Positions 25,713-35,817 of a stretch of 64,000 nucleotides of DNA are shown one piece after another. The translations under genes were made by a program, and so were the position numbers. Under the pieces are notes generated by a model that saw nothing but the letters and a program-made list of their open reading frames with translations, did not search any database and was not told the DNA's origin. Numbering within the stretch: position 1 is the first letter of the stretch; the number at the start of each line of letters is the position of its first letter. Origin of the DNA: Planctomycetota bacterium (GTDB lineage Bacteria; Planctomycetota; UBA11346); NCBI GenBank assembly GCA_028280785.1, contig JANQLF010000212.1, positions 93,444 to 157,443 of the forward strand, in the 5' to 3' direction.

Positions 25713-26861
25713 ATGAACGGTTTTCTGACATTGCCTTGTGCACTCATTAGCGCCCTCGCCTGCCTTGCCCCCATTCAAAGTACAAACGCCAGTGAAATAT
25801 TTTCACCAGCTATCGTTACAGCACAGAGCCAACATGCACACCCGCATGAACAACGCCCTCAAATTCAAATTGCTATTTTGCTTGATAATTCAGGAAGCAT
25901 GACCGGCCTCATTGAACAAGCGAAATCGCAAATTTGGTCTTTAGTCAACGAATTTACCCACGCTAAACATAATGGTCTGCAGCCAGAATTGCATGTTTCC
26001 ATTATTACCTATGGCGATCCGCCACCACAGATGCGTCTCTTATTAAGCACCGATCTTGATCGCGTCTCACAAGAATTATTTGGTATTAAAATTAGTGGTG
26101 GTACAGAATATTGTGGCCAAGTCATTCAGCATGCGATTGATAACTTAGAATGGTCCACTGATAAAAACGCACTTAAAGTTATTTTTATCGCTGGCAACGA
26201 ACCATTTACCCAAGGACCCAAGGATTACCGCGAAGCGTGCGAAGATGCTGCGAGCAAAGGTATCATCGTAAATACCATTCATTGCGGCAATGGCATACCC
26301 GCTGGTTGGCGCGATGGAGCGCTTATTGGCAAAGGTAAAGCCATGAGTATCGATCATAATAAAACCGTTGTTCATGTTGCTACACCTTACGACAAACATA
26401 TTCATGAACTAAATATTAAATTAAATACTACGTATATTCATTATGGTAAAGCTGGGAAAAAGCGCAAAGACTTGCAAGTCGAGCAAGATGCGAATGCCAA
26501 AAAACAATCTATCGGTTCCTCAATTCAACGCTCGGTCTCAAAAGCTAATATCTATTACAATAACCGCAGCTGGGATATGGTCGATGCCTGTAAAGATAAT
26601 TGGGAAGTCTTAAAAGAGGCGAAGGAAGAAGAACTTCCAGCACAATTAAAAAATAAAACTTTTGAACAACAAAAATCCTATATCGAAGAACAACGCCAAA
26701 CACGCATTGCCATTCAAAAACAAATCAACGATTTTAATGAGAAGCGCAACACCTATCTTGCCAAACAAAGCAAAGAATCAGGCAAAAGCACTCTCAACGA
26801 TGCTATGAAAGCCTCCCTCGTCAAACAAGCCGAAGGCAAAGGCTACACTTTTAAGAAATAA
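25713..26861 (+). CDS. secreted von Willebrand factor type A (vWA) domain protein with coiled-coil tail
   Basis: Signal peptide MNGFLTLPCALISALACLAPIQS and MIDAS motif DNSGSM (IAILLDNSGSMTG). The C-terminal K/E/Q-rich helix follows. AAGGAG lies upstream of the ATG. Confidence 0.8.
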   Translation: MNGFLTLPCALISALACLAPIQSTNASEIFSPAIVTAQSQHAHPHEQRPQIQIAILLDNSGSMTGLIEQAKSQIWSLVNEFTHAKHNGLQPELHVSIITYGDPPPQMRLLLSTDLDRVSQELFGIKISGGTEYCGQVIQHAIDNLEWSTDKNALKVIFIAGNEPFTQGPKDYREACEDAASKGIIVNTIHCGNGIPAGWRDGALIGKGKAMSIDHNKTVVHVATPYDKHIHELNIKLNTTYIHYGKAGKKRKDLQVEQDANAKKQSIGSSIQRSVSKANIYYNNRSWDMVDACKDNWEVLKEAKEEELPAQLKNKTFEQQKSYIEEQRQTRIAIQKQINDFNEKRNTYLAKQSKESGKSTLNDAMKASLVKQAEGKGYTFKK

Positions 26862-26884
26862 GCAACGACATTAACAAAACTTTG

Positions 26885-26920
26885 TGACCAGCAACAGTTC
26901 TCTGTTGTTGGTCATTTTTG
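26885..26920 (+). terminator. intrinsic terminator after the vWA gene
   Basis: TGACCAGCAACAG ttct CTGTTGTTGGTCA tttttg: a 13-bp stem with one G-U pair, a 4-nt loop and a T-tract. Confidence 0.75.
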
Positions 26921-27030
26921 TATAGAGTGTGTCTGATTGATACCCTTTCCCATACATGTAGGCAAAGTAGGCTGTTAGGTCAGCAGCGAAGCCTTCAAAT
27001 GTTCGCAGAAGGCCATCCACAGGAGTCACT

Positions 27031-29676
27031 ATGCGTACACTCAATATCGTTCTTTTAATTGCATGCATTTGTTCATTAGTTCCAGCAGCGGAACTCATTT
27101 GGATTGAAGGCGAAGATGCGAAACGACACACCTTCAAGACACATAGCTGGTATTTCGATGTAACCAAGACCGGCCTCTCTGGAAACAACGCCATTAACAA
27201 CTATCAAAACGACGCCGAGGCTCATTACGAATTTACAGCCGCATCGAAAGGTGATTTTCACTTTTGGATTCGGGCCAACCCAGTCGCTGGGCCGAAAATG
27301 GAATACAATCTCAACGGCGCCGGATGGAAAAATATCAATTTTGGTCAACCAATCGATAATACGAACATCGCATCCAATGGCGCGCCAGACATGCGATTCA
27401 TTGCCTGGATAAACATTGGCAGCGCTAAACTCAAAAAGGGCAACAACGAAGTCAGCTTCCGTATTAATGGTGGCAATCAAAAACATGGCTACATTGATTG
27501 CTTTGTTTTTTCAGGTGGCCCTTTTGTGCCTAATGGTTCTGCAAAACCAGGCCAACGTACCGGAAAAGCTAACCCTGGATTTTTTGCCTGGGAACCGGCA
27601 CCAGATGATTTTAACAAGTCTGCACTCATTGACTTAAGCTTTCTCAACGAAGATGTGGCAGGTGAAAAAGGCCCAGTTTCACGCAAAGGCAATGATTTCA
27701 TTCTTGGCAATGGTAAGAAAGTAAAATTCTGGGCAGCCAATGCCGGTCCAGCTATCTGCGCTTTGGATCATGCGTCGCATATTTATTTAGCAAAAAATTT
27801 GGCTAAGCGCGGTATTAACATGGTACGCCTACATGGTGGTATTTATGACCAAAACAATCCAGCGGTTTCGATGAAACGCATCGACCACCTCCATCACCTA
27901 ATTCATGCCTTAAAACAAGAAGGCATTTACACCAAGTTAAGTATTTACTTTCCCGCCTGGTTTCGCCTCAATGATCATTTTTATAACAACCAAAAATGGC
28001 CAGTTACTTTACTTTTCTATGACAAACAAATGCAGGGTTACTACTTTAAATGGTGCGAGACCTTATTTAAAACTAAAAATCCATACACTGGCATACCTTT
28101 AGCCAAAGATCCAGCTGTTGCTATTTTTGAAATTCAAAATGAAGACAGCCAATTCTTCTGGACCTTTGGCGAAAAAAGCGTTGCCCCTGAACGTTGGCAG
28201 GCCTACAGCAAGATGTTTGGCAGCTGGTGTAAGAAAAAATATGGATCTATCGATAAAGCCTATGCCGCATGGAACGGTGCTAAGCATGCTAAGGACAAAC
28301 CAGCCGAAGGCGTCATACATCTTGGCGGTGCCTGGGAAATGACGCGTAAAGGCAGCGATCAAAATGCTAATAAACGAAAACGCATTAATGATCAGGTTGC
28401 ATTCCTCACTGAAAACATGCGCGAGTTCTACCAAATGGCGATCAAAAAAATCAACGGTTACGGATACAAAGGTATGATTTCTTGTGGCAACTGGCACACC
28501 GCCGACTCGACGACACTGGATGCATTAGAGCGTTATTGCTACACTGCAGGCGATGTCATTGATCACCACGGATATTTTGATCACAATCACAAAGGTCAAT
28601 TTGCCTCGTGGTCCGTACGGCCCGGTGATACGTTTACCAGTCAATCAGCGTTAAAATTTACACACGGCAACCCCCTTCCCTATGTCGAAACCGACGGTCA
28701 CCCACATATTATTTCTGAAATTGGTTGGCCAGCACCGAATGCCTACCGAAGCGAATTCACCTTTTTAAATTCGTGTTATTTATCACTGCAAGGCTGTGAT
28801 GGCATCTTCAACTTCGCAATAGGTAGTCCGGCATGGGACAATTCATTAGCCAAATTTCCATTAAATACCCCAGTCACCCTTGCTTGCTTCCCTGCTGCGG
28901 CACTTGTCTATCGCAATCAATATGTGCAAGAAGCAGAAACGATTGTTATGGACAACCTCAACATCAAAGAGCAGATGGCCCTCAAGGGTACTGCAGTCAA
29001 TGTTAAGCCAGCTCTTGACCAATTCCGCGCAAAACAAATACCCGGTGGCAAAAAGCAAGAAGGCAAAGTGGATGCTATCGACCCCATGAGTTTTTATGTC
29101 GGTCGTGTAGCTCGCAACTTTGAAGGTAAACCCGAAAAATCTTATCAAAAAGGCATTAATGAATTTATCGATCGCAGCAACAAAACGATTACCAGCATTA
29201 CCGGCGAATTAATGTGGGACTATGGCACAGGTGTAGCAACGATGAACACACCTAAAGCACAGGGCGCTTGCGGCTTCCTGAAAGCCAAAGGCAGTATCGC
29301 GCTCGATAATCTGACCATTAATTCAAATAATGCTTACGCCAATATTTCATTGGTAGCTATGGACAATAAAGACATCGCCACCTCCAAAAAATTGCTCTTA
29401 CAAGTCATGACCATCGAACAGCCCTACAATTTCAAAACCAGTAGTGGTGATGGCATGGGCGGCAGCATCCAAAATATGGGTGGCGCTCCATTTGGTATCA
29501 AAAAATTCAGTGGCTCTGTTACACTCAAACTGAAAGGCGCTAAACCTAAATCAGTTACAGCCTGTGATGAAAATGGTTATGCATTTGAAGGCAAAAAGGT
29601 AAACAACAGCGGTTCAGGATCGAAATTTAAAATCGATTTGAACGAGGATGTTGTCTATTACGTCATTCAACGTTAA
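27031..29676 (+). CDS. secreted glycoside-hydrolase-like protein: N-terminal CBM-like beta-sandwich plus clan GH-A-like TIM barrel (tentative)
   Basis: Signal peptide MRTLNIVLLIACICSLVPAAE. N-terminal module IWIEGEDAKRHTF...GYIDCFVF. Later ...GINMVRLHGG... and ...AIFEIQNEDSQFFW... provide a candidate acid/base NE. Confidence 0.6.
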   Translation: MRTLNIVLLIACICSLVPAAELIWIEGEDAKRHTFKTHSWYFDVTKTGLSGNNAINNYQNDAEAHYEFTAASKGDFHFWIRANPVAGPKMEYNLNGAGWKNINFGQPIDNTNIASNGAPDMRFIAWINIGSAKLKKGNNEVSFRINGGNQKHGYIDCFVFSGGPFVPNGSAKPGQRTGKANPGFFAWEPAPDDFNKSALIDLSFLNEDVAGEKGPVSRKGNDFILGNGKKVKFWAANAGPAICALDHASHIYLAKNLAKRGINMVRLHGGIYDQNNPAVSMKRIDHLHHLIHALKQEGIYTKLSIYFPAWFRLNDHFYNNQKWPVTLLFYDKQMQGYYFKWCETLFKTKNPYTGIPLAKDPAVAIFEIQNEDSQFFWTFGEKSVAPERWQAYSKMFGSWCKKKYGSIDKAYAAWNGAKHAKDKPAEGVIHLGGAWEMTRKGSDQNANKRKRINDQVAFLTENMREFYQMAIKKINGYGYKGMISCGNWHTADSTTLDALERYCYTAGDVIDHHGYFDHNHKGQFASWSVRPGDTFTSQSALKFTHGNPLPYVETDGHPHIISEIGWPAPNAYRSEFTFLNSCYLSLQGCDGIFNFAIGSPAWDNSLAKFPLNTPVTLACFPAAALVYRNQYVQEAETIVMDNLNIKEQMALKGTAVNVKPALDQFRAKQIPGGKKQEGKVDAIDPMSFYVGRVARNFEGKPEKSYQKGINEFIDRSNKTITSITGELMWDYGTGVATMNTPKAQGACGFLKAKGSIALDNLTINSNNAYANISLVAMDNKDIATSKKLLLQVMTIEQPYNFKTSSGDGMGGSIQNMGGAPFGIKKFSGSVTLKLKGAKPKSVTACDENGYAFEGKKVNNSGSGSKFKIDLNEDVVYYVIQR

Positions 29677-29683
29677 GCGCATG

Positions 29684-29716
29684 TGCTGCGCACAGATTGG
29701 TGCGCAGCATTTATTT
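29684..29716. terminator. intrinsic terminator between convergent genes
   Basis: TGCTGCGCAC agattg GTGCGCAGCA followed by tttattt: a perfect 10-bp stem (29684-29693 / 29700-29709). The T-run overlaps the stop codon of the minus-strand gene. Confidence 0.75.
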
Positions 29717-32700
29717 AGCCGTGACAGCTGTTGGGATTAACTCCAAAACGAGTTCCGGATGATTATCAGGATTACCATTTTCGGTGCTAAATCCCGAACA
29801 AGCCTTATTGGTTTTTATATAAACACCGCGATTAGCTTCCCCGTCAACCCAACGTTGTGTGATTTCACTAATGTCCAAATCTGACCACTCGCCGCCCTTC
29901 ATGGTCGGCATCGTGTAAGTTAAAAACGGATCAGCAGCGTGGACTATTCCTGACCACGCAGCTGCGGACCAAACTGTTCCATCGCCAAGTCGCTGAATGG
30001 CATTCACTTGATTTTCTTCCCATGACAGCAGCGTTTCATAAAGATTAATTTCGACGTTTTTATTGCCCGATATAAAACGAATACGTAGATAGGCCTTATC
30101 AATAACCATGCCCTCAGGTACAGCTGCTCCTACGTTTGGAATTTTCACAAATGCACTGCGTTCATCCCCTGAGTTGAGTCTACCAAAGTACATATAATCC
30201 CAGGTACCGCGCTTGCTCCCCTGGTTCAGCGTCGAAACACTGACGTCCTCGATATAAGTCGGACCTTTTAAGGTGACGGTCGTTGGCTCAATAAGCTCTT
30301 GAACACTAATGGTGATAGTGCTTGTTGTTGCTAATTCGCCATCATGAACGCGCAGCTCTAATTCATAATCACCAGCAACAGGAAAGGTGATCGTAGGTGC
30401 GGCACTTTGATTATCAGGAGCAAAGGTTACTTCGGAACCGCTGATTTGCGTCCATTGTATAGTTAAATCAACTAGTTCAGTCTGATCATCACTGATTACA
30501 GGATTTAATCTTAGCTGATTATCAGGTAACTGGAGCGTCGCTGTTGCTGGCAAAGTGATCTCTGGTGCTTTATTTACTGGTTCAGCATCCCCATATTCGA
30601 TAATGAGCTCCGGATGATAGGCGACTGTTGAACTCTCTGTACTGTTGGCTGCTCCTGCTTTGTTTAAATATATAAATAATCCGTGATTGCTGTCACCATT
30701 AACCCAATCTTGTACTGCACTCGTCACGTCTAGATCCGTCCATACCCCTTTAGCTAAGGGTATTAATTCAGATCCAATGACGGTATCATCATAGACGTCT
30801 GTCCAATCACCCGGCCACGCCGTCCCATCCGCCAAGCGCTGCAATCCATTAGCTGCGCCTTCATCCCAACTCAAAAGCATTTTATGTGCTTGAATCGAAA
30901 TGTTTCTATTACCAGACTGTAGGCGCAACCGTAAGCGTGCGTTAGTAATGCTTATATTACTCGGTAGTAAACTTTGTAGATTAGGCGCTTTAATTAATAC
31001 TCGAGATATGCGTCCATTGTTAAGTGTGCCATAGTATAAGTAGTCGTAATGGCCCTTCGTCACATTTTCGTTATTTATAAAACACACGGTTGTGTCCTCT
31101 ATTTCCTCTGGACCTTTAAGCGTCAAGGTACCTCCTGGACTTGATTCAGGTTCTGCCGGCAAACTATTTATCCATTCGGTTACCGTATTAATTGCAGCAA
31201 GATCTTTTTTGCTACTCGCAATATACGGCATGCGAATGCCGGGCGTCAAGCTATCCATACGATGGAGCAATATCGAGCGTTCAGGTCGACCTGGGTCAAC
31301 AACTTTGGCATTAGCTATACCTAAATTATCTCCAATACTCGCACTAATTATATTTTGACTGGCAAGTGGTGTATTGAATCGAAAATCCATGATACCAGGT
31401 GAAGTCCCGGTATGGCACATTGCACAATTGACATCTAAATAAGATCGCACGCGATGTTCCAGAGATTCACTCGCAGCATCGACTTTTGCTAATCTGTCTA
31501 AAGTATTTATTTCAGCATCAGTAATTAACTCTGTAAAAATTCCTACATCGCTTAGCGCGCGAATTTGATTACTGGCACGTTGAGTTGCGGGATAAATGTA
31601 ATCACCATTTAATTGGCGCGTATTTAAACCGAGGGTCCACCCAGAGCCTGCATTATGACACTGCAGACAATCATTTGGAGATGGATAAGACCACGTCAAT
31701 GAAGTACTGTCGTAATTAATCGTTTCACTCAAACCATCTGTCAACAATTCAGCATCCGAATGATCAGCACGCCAACGATAGGTGACGCCATAATTAGTGC
31801 CATCTGCTTTCGTAACTAAAAGACGAGTTTCAACGCGCCTACGCTCAGTGCCTAACTCAAAATGTTTTATAGTGACGCTTCCAGCCGGCAATATCCATTG
31901 TTGTTGCGCATCATAGTTAACGTGCTGTCCACTCGGCACTGCTAACCAACGTTTTTTATAAGCGCCATCGGACCACAATGGTGAATTAACAGTATAGGGA
32001 ATAATACCTGTGCTTGGCACCAAGTTCTGGACATCGCTAAATGCACCTGTTTGCGACAAGAGCGCAGGAATGTCCCCGCTTTCAGTTGTTGGCATATTTA
32101 AATACGGGTTAACGGCATGACGTTCTGGAATGGCCTGCGGATTACTAGGCCGCCATAATACCGACATCGGCACTTCAACGCGTGTGTAACCATTACCCTG
32201 AACTTCTAATTTTAAATTCTGCCCTCCGGTCCCTTGCATATAATCAATACGAATAAAATGCATACCTGCACGTAAACCTAGTACACCTGTTCGTGTTTGC
32301 CCGCCATGAACGCCGTCATTATCAACCACTTCGATTCCATGCACATACAGTCGCGCACCGTCATCACTGCTTAAATAAAACGTAACTGGTCCGTCAGTAG
32401 GAAAATCAATATAGCCTTCCAAGCGCAGTCCATAATGCGTATCGCGATCACGCTGCGATAAATCAAAGATACTTTGTGTACCTGACTTTTTCGCCGTCAT
32501 ACTTGCATAATCAGGCAATTGTGCCCAAGGCGTAGAATCATTTTCAAAGTAAATGTAATCAATACCTTGGGCCAAGGTTCCTAAACCAGTTTCTGCTGGG
32601 ATTAAATCATGAACAGTAATTTGAAATGATTGTGATGCATGTGGCAAAACACCGTTACTCGCCTGCACCGTCACGTTAAAGGTACCTGCAACACTCGGTA

Positions 32701-34084
32701 TCCAAGTAATTATTCCTGTTGTAGGATCAATGCTCATACCACTTGGATTTGTGGTCAACGTAAAACTTGGTTGTGGCGTACCACCTGCATTGATATCGAG
32801 TGAAAATGGTGAATTAATATAGGATTCTTGATCGGCTATCGGCGCCATACTTGGAGCAACACCAACGGGCTCTCCTGCTGCAATTATTTTATGAATGGCA
32901 CCATTGTCATAATCAACAATATATAGTTCACCGTCAGGATCTTCTGCAAAGCTTGATACACGACCAGCCGGATTTAATAATGCCGTCAGATCTTCATCGC
33001 TTGAGCCAATAACACTACCATCCCCTGACAATGACATGACGTACATTTTGTAGAGTTTAAAATCTGCATAAAAATACTTGCCATAATAATCCGGCAGCAA
33101 ACTACCTCGATAGCGATAACCACCAATGGCAACTTTTACATTTGAAGAATGCAATACTCGAATTGGAGGCGTAAATGCACCACTATGTGGATCGACCTCT
33201 TTAAGAACCGTTGGTAATTTGGTTTCTTCTGTAATCCGATCACCCTCCCATATCGGCCAGCCAAAATTTTGCCCGGATGTCCCACTATCAATTCTATTAA
33301 TTTCCTCTCGGCTACCCCAACCAACATCACCAATATATACATCACCATTTAATTTATCAAAACTACAACGCCACGGATTGCGCAACCCGTATGCCCATAC
33401 TTCTGGCGCAGCAAATCCAGGATTGTCATTCGGGATGCGATAGGGTTTTCCATTCGCAGATCCATTCACATCAATGCGTACAATAGCACCAAAGAAATTA
33501 CTTGGATCTTGTGCATCCGCACCGTTGATAGTCACATTACCTCCACCATCGCCAAAGCAGGTATACAGATAGCCATCATGTGGTCCAAAATCTATCCACC
33601 CGCCATTATGATTCCATTCTTTCTGCTGAAACTTAATAAGCTCTAACGCTGAATTAATATCTAATTGATCTGGATTCACTCCAACCTGAAATCGCATAAC
33701 TGTGCTAAAAAATTTCTTAAGCCCCGGCAACACTTCCTCGCGAGTATTGAAATTTATATATACATAGCCATTGCTGGTAAAATTCGGATGAACGGCCATC
33801 CCAAGGAGGCCTAATTCACCTTGAAATCGCACCTTTAAATGCTCAGGCAACGTAGACTTGGTTAAATCTAAAAACGGCGTCGCTTGGACTACGCCGTTCT
33901 TTATCAATTTTATTCTGCCAGCTTGCTCAACTACGAACACGCGTTGCTGGGCATCATTAGGGACAAATTCGACATCAACCGGAAAATTAAATCCATCCTT
34001 GAACAATTCAGTAGTAATGTCATCGACTGCAAGAACAGACTGACTGCATAAAAATGAAATGAATAATAGGACACATAAACGCAT
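29711..34084 (-). CDS. giant secreted mosaic protein: PQQ-type sugar dehydrogenase-like beta-propeller + Ig-like + PA14 + region with two CxxCH haem motifs + two DNRLRE-like repeats separated by a PKD/Ig-like domain
   Basis: Start at the ATG at 34084 (GGAG 6 nt upstream), giving signal peptide MRLCVLLFISFLCSQSVLA. SGDH motifs GLLGMAVHPNF, HNGGWIDFGPHDGYLY, GLRNPWRCSFD. PA14 region LRLEGYIDFPTDGPVTFYLSSDDGARLYVHG. Haem motifs CLQCH and CAMCH. Two internal repeats of about 190 aa (TLKGPEEIEDTTV...HPELIIEYG / TLKGPTYIEDVSV...HPELVLELI). Confidence 0.8.
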   Translation of the reverse strand: MRLCVLLFISFLCSQSVLAVDDITTELFKDGFNFPVDVEFVPNDAQQRVFVVEQAGRIKLIKNGVVQATPFLDLTKSTLPEHLKVRFQGELGLLGMAVHPNFTSNGYVYINFNTREEVLPGLKKFFSTVMRFQVGVNPDQLDINSALELIKFQQKEWNHNGGWIDFGPHDGYLYTCFGDGGGNVTINGADAQDPSNFFGAIVRIDVNGSANGKPYRIPNDNPGFAAPEVWAYGLRNPWRCSFDKLNGDVYIGDVGWGSREEINRIDSGTSGQNFGWPIWEGDRITEETKLPTVLKEVDPHSGAFTPPIRVLHSSNVKVAIGGYRYRGSLLPDYYGKYFYADFKLYKMYVMSLSGDGSVIGSSDEDLTALLNPAGRVSSFAEDPDGELYIVDYDNGAIHKIIAAGEPVGVAPSMAPIADQESYINSPFSLDINAGGTPQPSFTLTTNPSGMSIDPTTGIITWIPSVAGTFNVTVQASNGVLPHASQSFQITVHDLIPAETGLGTLAQGIDYIYFENDSTPWAQLPDYASMTAKKSGTQSIFDLSQRDRDTHYGLRLEGYIDFPTDGPVTFYLSSDDGARLYVHGIEVVDNDGVHGGQTRTGVLGLRAGMHFIRIDYMQGTGGQNLKLEVQGNGYTRVEVPMSVLWRPSNPQAIPERHAVNPYLNMPTTESGDIPALLSQTGAFSDVQNLVPSTGIIPYTVNSPLWSDGAYKKRWLAVPSGQHVNYDAQQQWILPAGSVTIKHFELGTERRRVETRLLVTKADGTNYGVTYRWRADHSDAELLTDGLSETINYDSTSLTWSYPSPNDCLQCHNAGSGWTLGLNTRQLNGDYIYPATQRASNQIRALSDVGIFTELITDAEINTLDRLAKVDAASESLEHRVRSYLDVNCAMCHTGTSPGIMDFRFNTPLASQNIISASIGDNLGIANAKVVDPGRPERSILLHRMDSLTPGIRMPYIASSKKDLAAINTVTEWINSLPAEPESSPGGTLTLKGPEEIEDTTVCFINNENVTKGHYDYLYYGTLNNGRISRVLIKAPNLQSLLPSNISITNARLRLRLQSGNRNISIQAHKMLLSWDEGAANGLQRLADGTAWPGDWTDVYDDTVIGSELIPLAKGVWTDLDVTSAVQDWVNGDSNHGLFIYLNKAGAANSTESSTVAYHPELIIEYGDAEPVNKAPEITLPATATLQLPDNQLRLNPVISDDQTELVDLTIQWTQISGSEVTFAPDNQSAAPTITFPVAGDYELELRVHDGELATTSTITISVQELIEPTTVTLKGPTYIEDVSVSTLNQGSKRGTWDYMYFGRLNSGDERSAFVKIPNVGAAVPEGMVIDKAYLRIRFISGNKNVEINLYETLLSWEENQVNAIQRLGDGTVWSAAAWSGIVHAADPFLTYTMPTMKGGEWSDLDISEITQRWVDGEANRGVYIKTNKACSGFSTENGNPDNHPELVLELIPTAVTAK

Positions 34085-34280
34085 GGCATTCTCCGTTTCG
34101 GTGCTGACCTCTCTCATTCAAGCCAACAGGAACGCTGCTACGGTAGAACTAACTGGGAAATTTAACAAATGAATTCATAGGTCTCTATCACCATGAATTG
34201 GAGCAGTGTCTTATGGTGGTCCCATTACTGTTACCATTTTAACAATGTAAATAGACGCTTGAGTGCTAATGCGCCAAAGC

Positions 34281-35177
34281 TTATTTCTTTATAAACTGGC
34301 CATCTTTTTCAATAAAGCTACGATCCCACAATCGACCTTGAGATTGGGTTTTATCATAATCATATTCGACTGGAAATGGGACGTCGCTTGCAAGGCTACG
34401 TGTACACATATCAATCAGCTGTTCTTCATTATTTATCGTAAACATTTTACAATCAAATGGAGCTTCTAAGAAGGCACTCGTCGTAACGAAATGACAATTA
34501 TAGTCGCTCACATACATGTTATGATGTGTGTGTCCACCGACGACAACACGCAAATGCGGGTGACGCTTACATAAAGTCTCGAAGCATTGAATAAATCCTT
34601 CATCAGCCGCATGGGTTCCCATCCCTGGCCCAACTTGTTCCTGATCAATTCCAAAGACAGGAGAATGAGTTACCACAAAATGGAAAACATCAGGGCGTTG
34701 CTCTAAGGCTGTATTCAAAAATGTGAGTTGCTCATCCAAAAAAGTGGCTTTTTGTGTGGTGGTCCAGGTATATGCCTCATCACCCCATTGATTGGGTACC
34801 ATATGAATAACACAATCATCACAGTTAAGCGAATAATTAATTTGGTTATTTGGAAAAAAGCTGGGTGCATGCTCTAACCACCACAATTGTGCATCTGAAT
34901 CATCTAGATCATGATTGCCCAAGCATAAATATAACGGAACTGGTAAGGCAGCGAACAATTTGTGCACTGATTGAATCTGTTCGACTGAAGCAGAATCTAT
35001 GATGTCACCACTATGAACGACAAAATCGATGGACTCGGACTCGATCAGACGGGACAAGGAATTTACAATTTCTTCATCGTGATCGTGATATCCTTTTTGA
35101 ATATGATAATTAACTGTATTGTATTTTTCTTGATCCACACCTACATGTGAATCGCTAATGCAAATAAATTTAGTCAT
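34281..35177 (-). CDS. calcineurin-like metallophosphoesterase
   Basis: Motifs in order: ICISDSHVG, VHSGDIID, GNHD, VTHSP, GGHTHH. Confidence 0.85.
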   Translation of the reverse strand: MTKFICISDSHVGVDQEKYNTVNYHIQKGYHDHDEEIVNSLSRLIESESIDFVVHSGDIIDSASVEQIQSVHKLFAALPVPLYLCLGNHDLDDSDAQLWWLEHAPSFFPNNQINYSLNCDDCVIHMVPNQWGDEAYTWTTTQKATFLDEQLTFLNTALEQRPDVFHFVVTHSPVFGIDQEQVGPGMGTHAADEGFIQCFETLCKRHPHLRVVVGGHTHHNMYVSDYNCHFVTTSAFLEAPFDCKMFTINNEEQLIDMCTRSLASDVPFPVEYDYDKTQSQGRLWDRSFIEKDGQFIKK

Positions 35178-35204
35178 AAGAGTCCTGGTGTTTGTCGACT
35201 CATA

Positions 35205-35600
35205 CTAGTCTATTGTTTCAAGAAAATGATCAACATCGACTGGCGTTATATTACTCGCCGGCCCTTCAATGATTTTTAAATTCTCTTGTCGTATATAGTC
35301 ATTGAGTTTCTCTAGACTCTGACGTATTCGCTCCCGATCCTTAATCGATTTAATGCGTTCTATTTCCGCATAGACATAGCGACGCAATTCCAAACCTTCC
35401 GAATTGATCGCATGTAAATCTTCACGCTCAATTAAATCCTTCAGCCACCAATCTGGATCATAAGGCTTGTCGAGACCTTTGATTTTACCACCTTTGGCTG
35501 GCTTAAAATCCCCGCGTTCTTCGGCTTCGCGCAGTGCGCGATCAACCCAGGATTCCCACTTCATCCCGGCAGGCTTGCGATTACTGATATTGTTCATCAC
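35205..35600 (-). CDS. DnaJC28-like conserved-domain protein (DUF1992-type)
   Basis: WESWVDRALREAEERGDFKPAKGGKIKGLDKPYDPDWW matches the conserved N-terminal block of that family as I remember it. Confidence 0.65.
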   Translation of the reverse strand: MMNNISNRKPAGMKWESWVDRALREAEERGDFKPAKGGKIKGLDKPYDPDWWLKDLIEREDLHAINSEGLELRRYVYAEIERIKSIKDRERIRQSLEKLNDYIRQENLKIIEGPASNITPVDVDHFLETID

Positions 35601-35817
35601 CTAGATCCTCCATGAAAAATGGCCTTGAGTTTTAGTATTCATGCTAAGCAGCAATCAGACAGATCAAACAAAGAAAATCTAAACTAGATCACATCAAGGT
35701 GTTTGTAAGTATAATTATATCATGCATTTAAAAAATAATTGTACTTCGCATGCTGAGCGTCGGTAGTCTAGTAGAATCCCTGATTCTGTTTCTGATAACC
35801 CTATCGAAAGAACAGAT

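Noticed and set aside
25536-25778. 81-codon N-terminal extension of the listed 236-aa ORF (25068..25778), which would overlap the start of the divergent vWA gene
   Set aside because: The extension is Arg/Cys-rich, non-protein-like sequence (...TRQCQKTVHGLSPSVQTIRRLRRPLVRKRF...). It covers the neighbour's promoter, RBS and first codons. The internal ATG at 25535 has GGAGG 5 nt upstream and begins the conserved-looking part (MDSEKIMKCIQKAF...).
26871-27200. 109-aa minus-strand ORF spanning the vWA terminator and the start of the GH-like gene
   Set aside because: It runs through a strong terminator hairpin and the signal-peptide region of the opposite-strand gene. No motifs.
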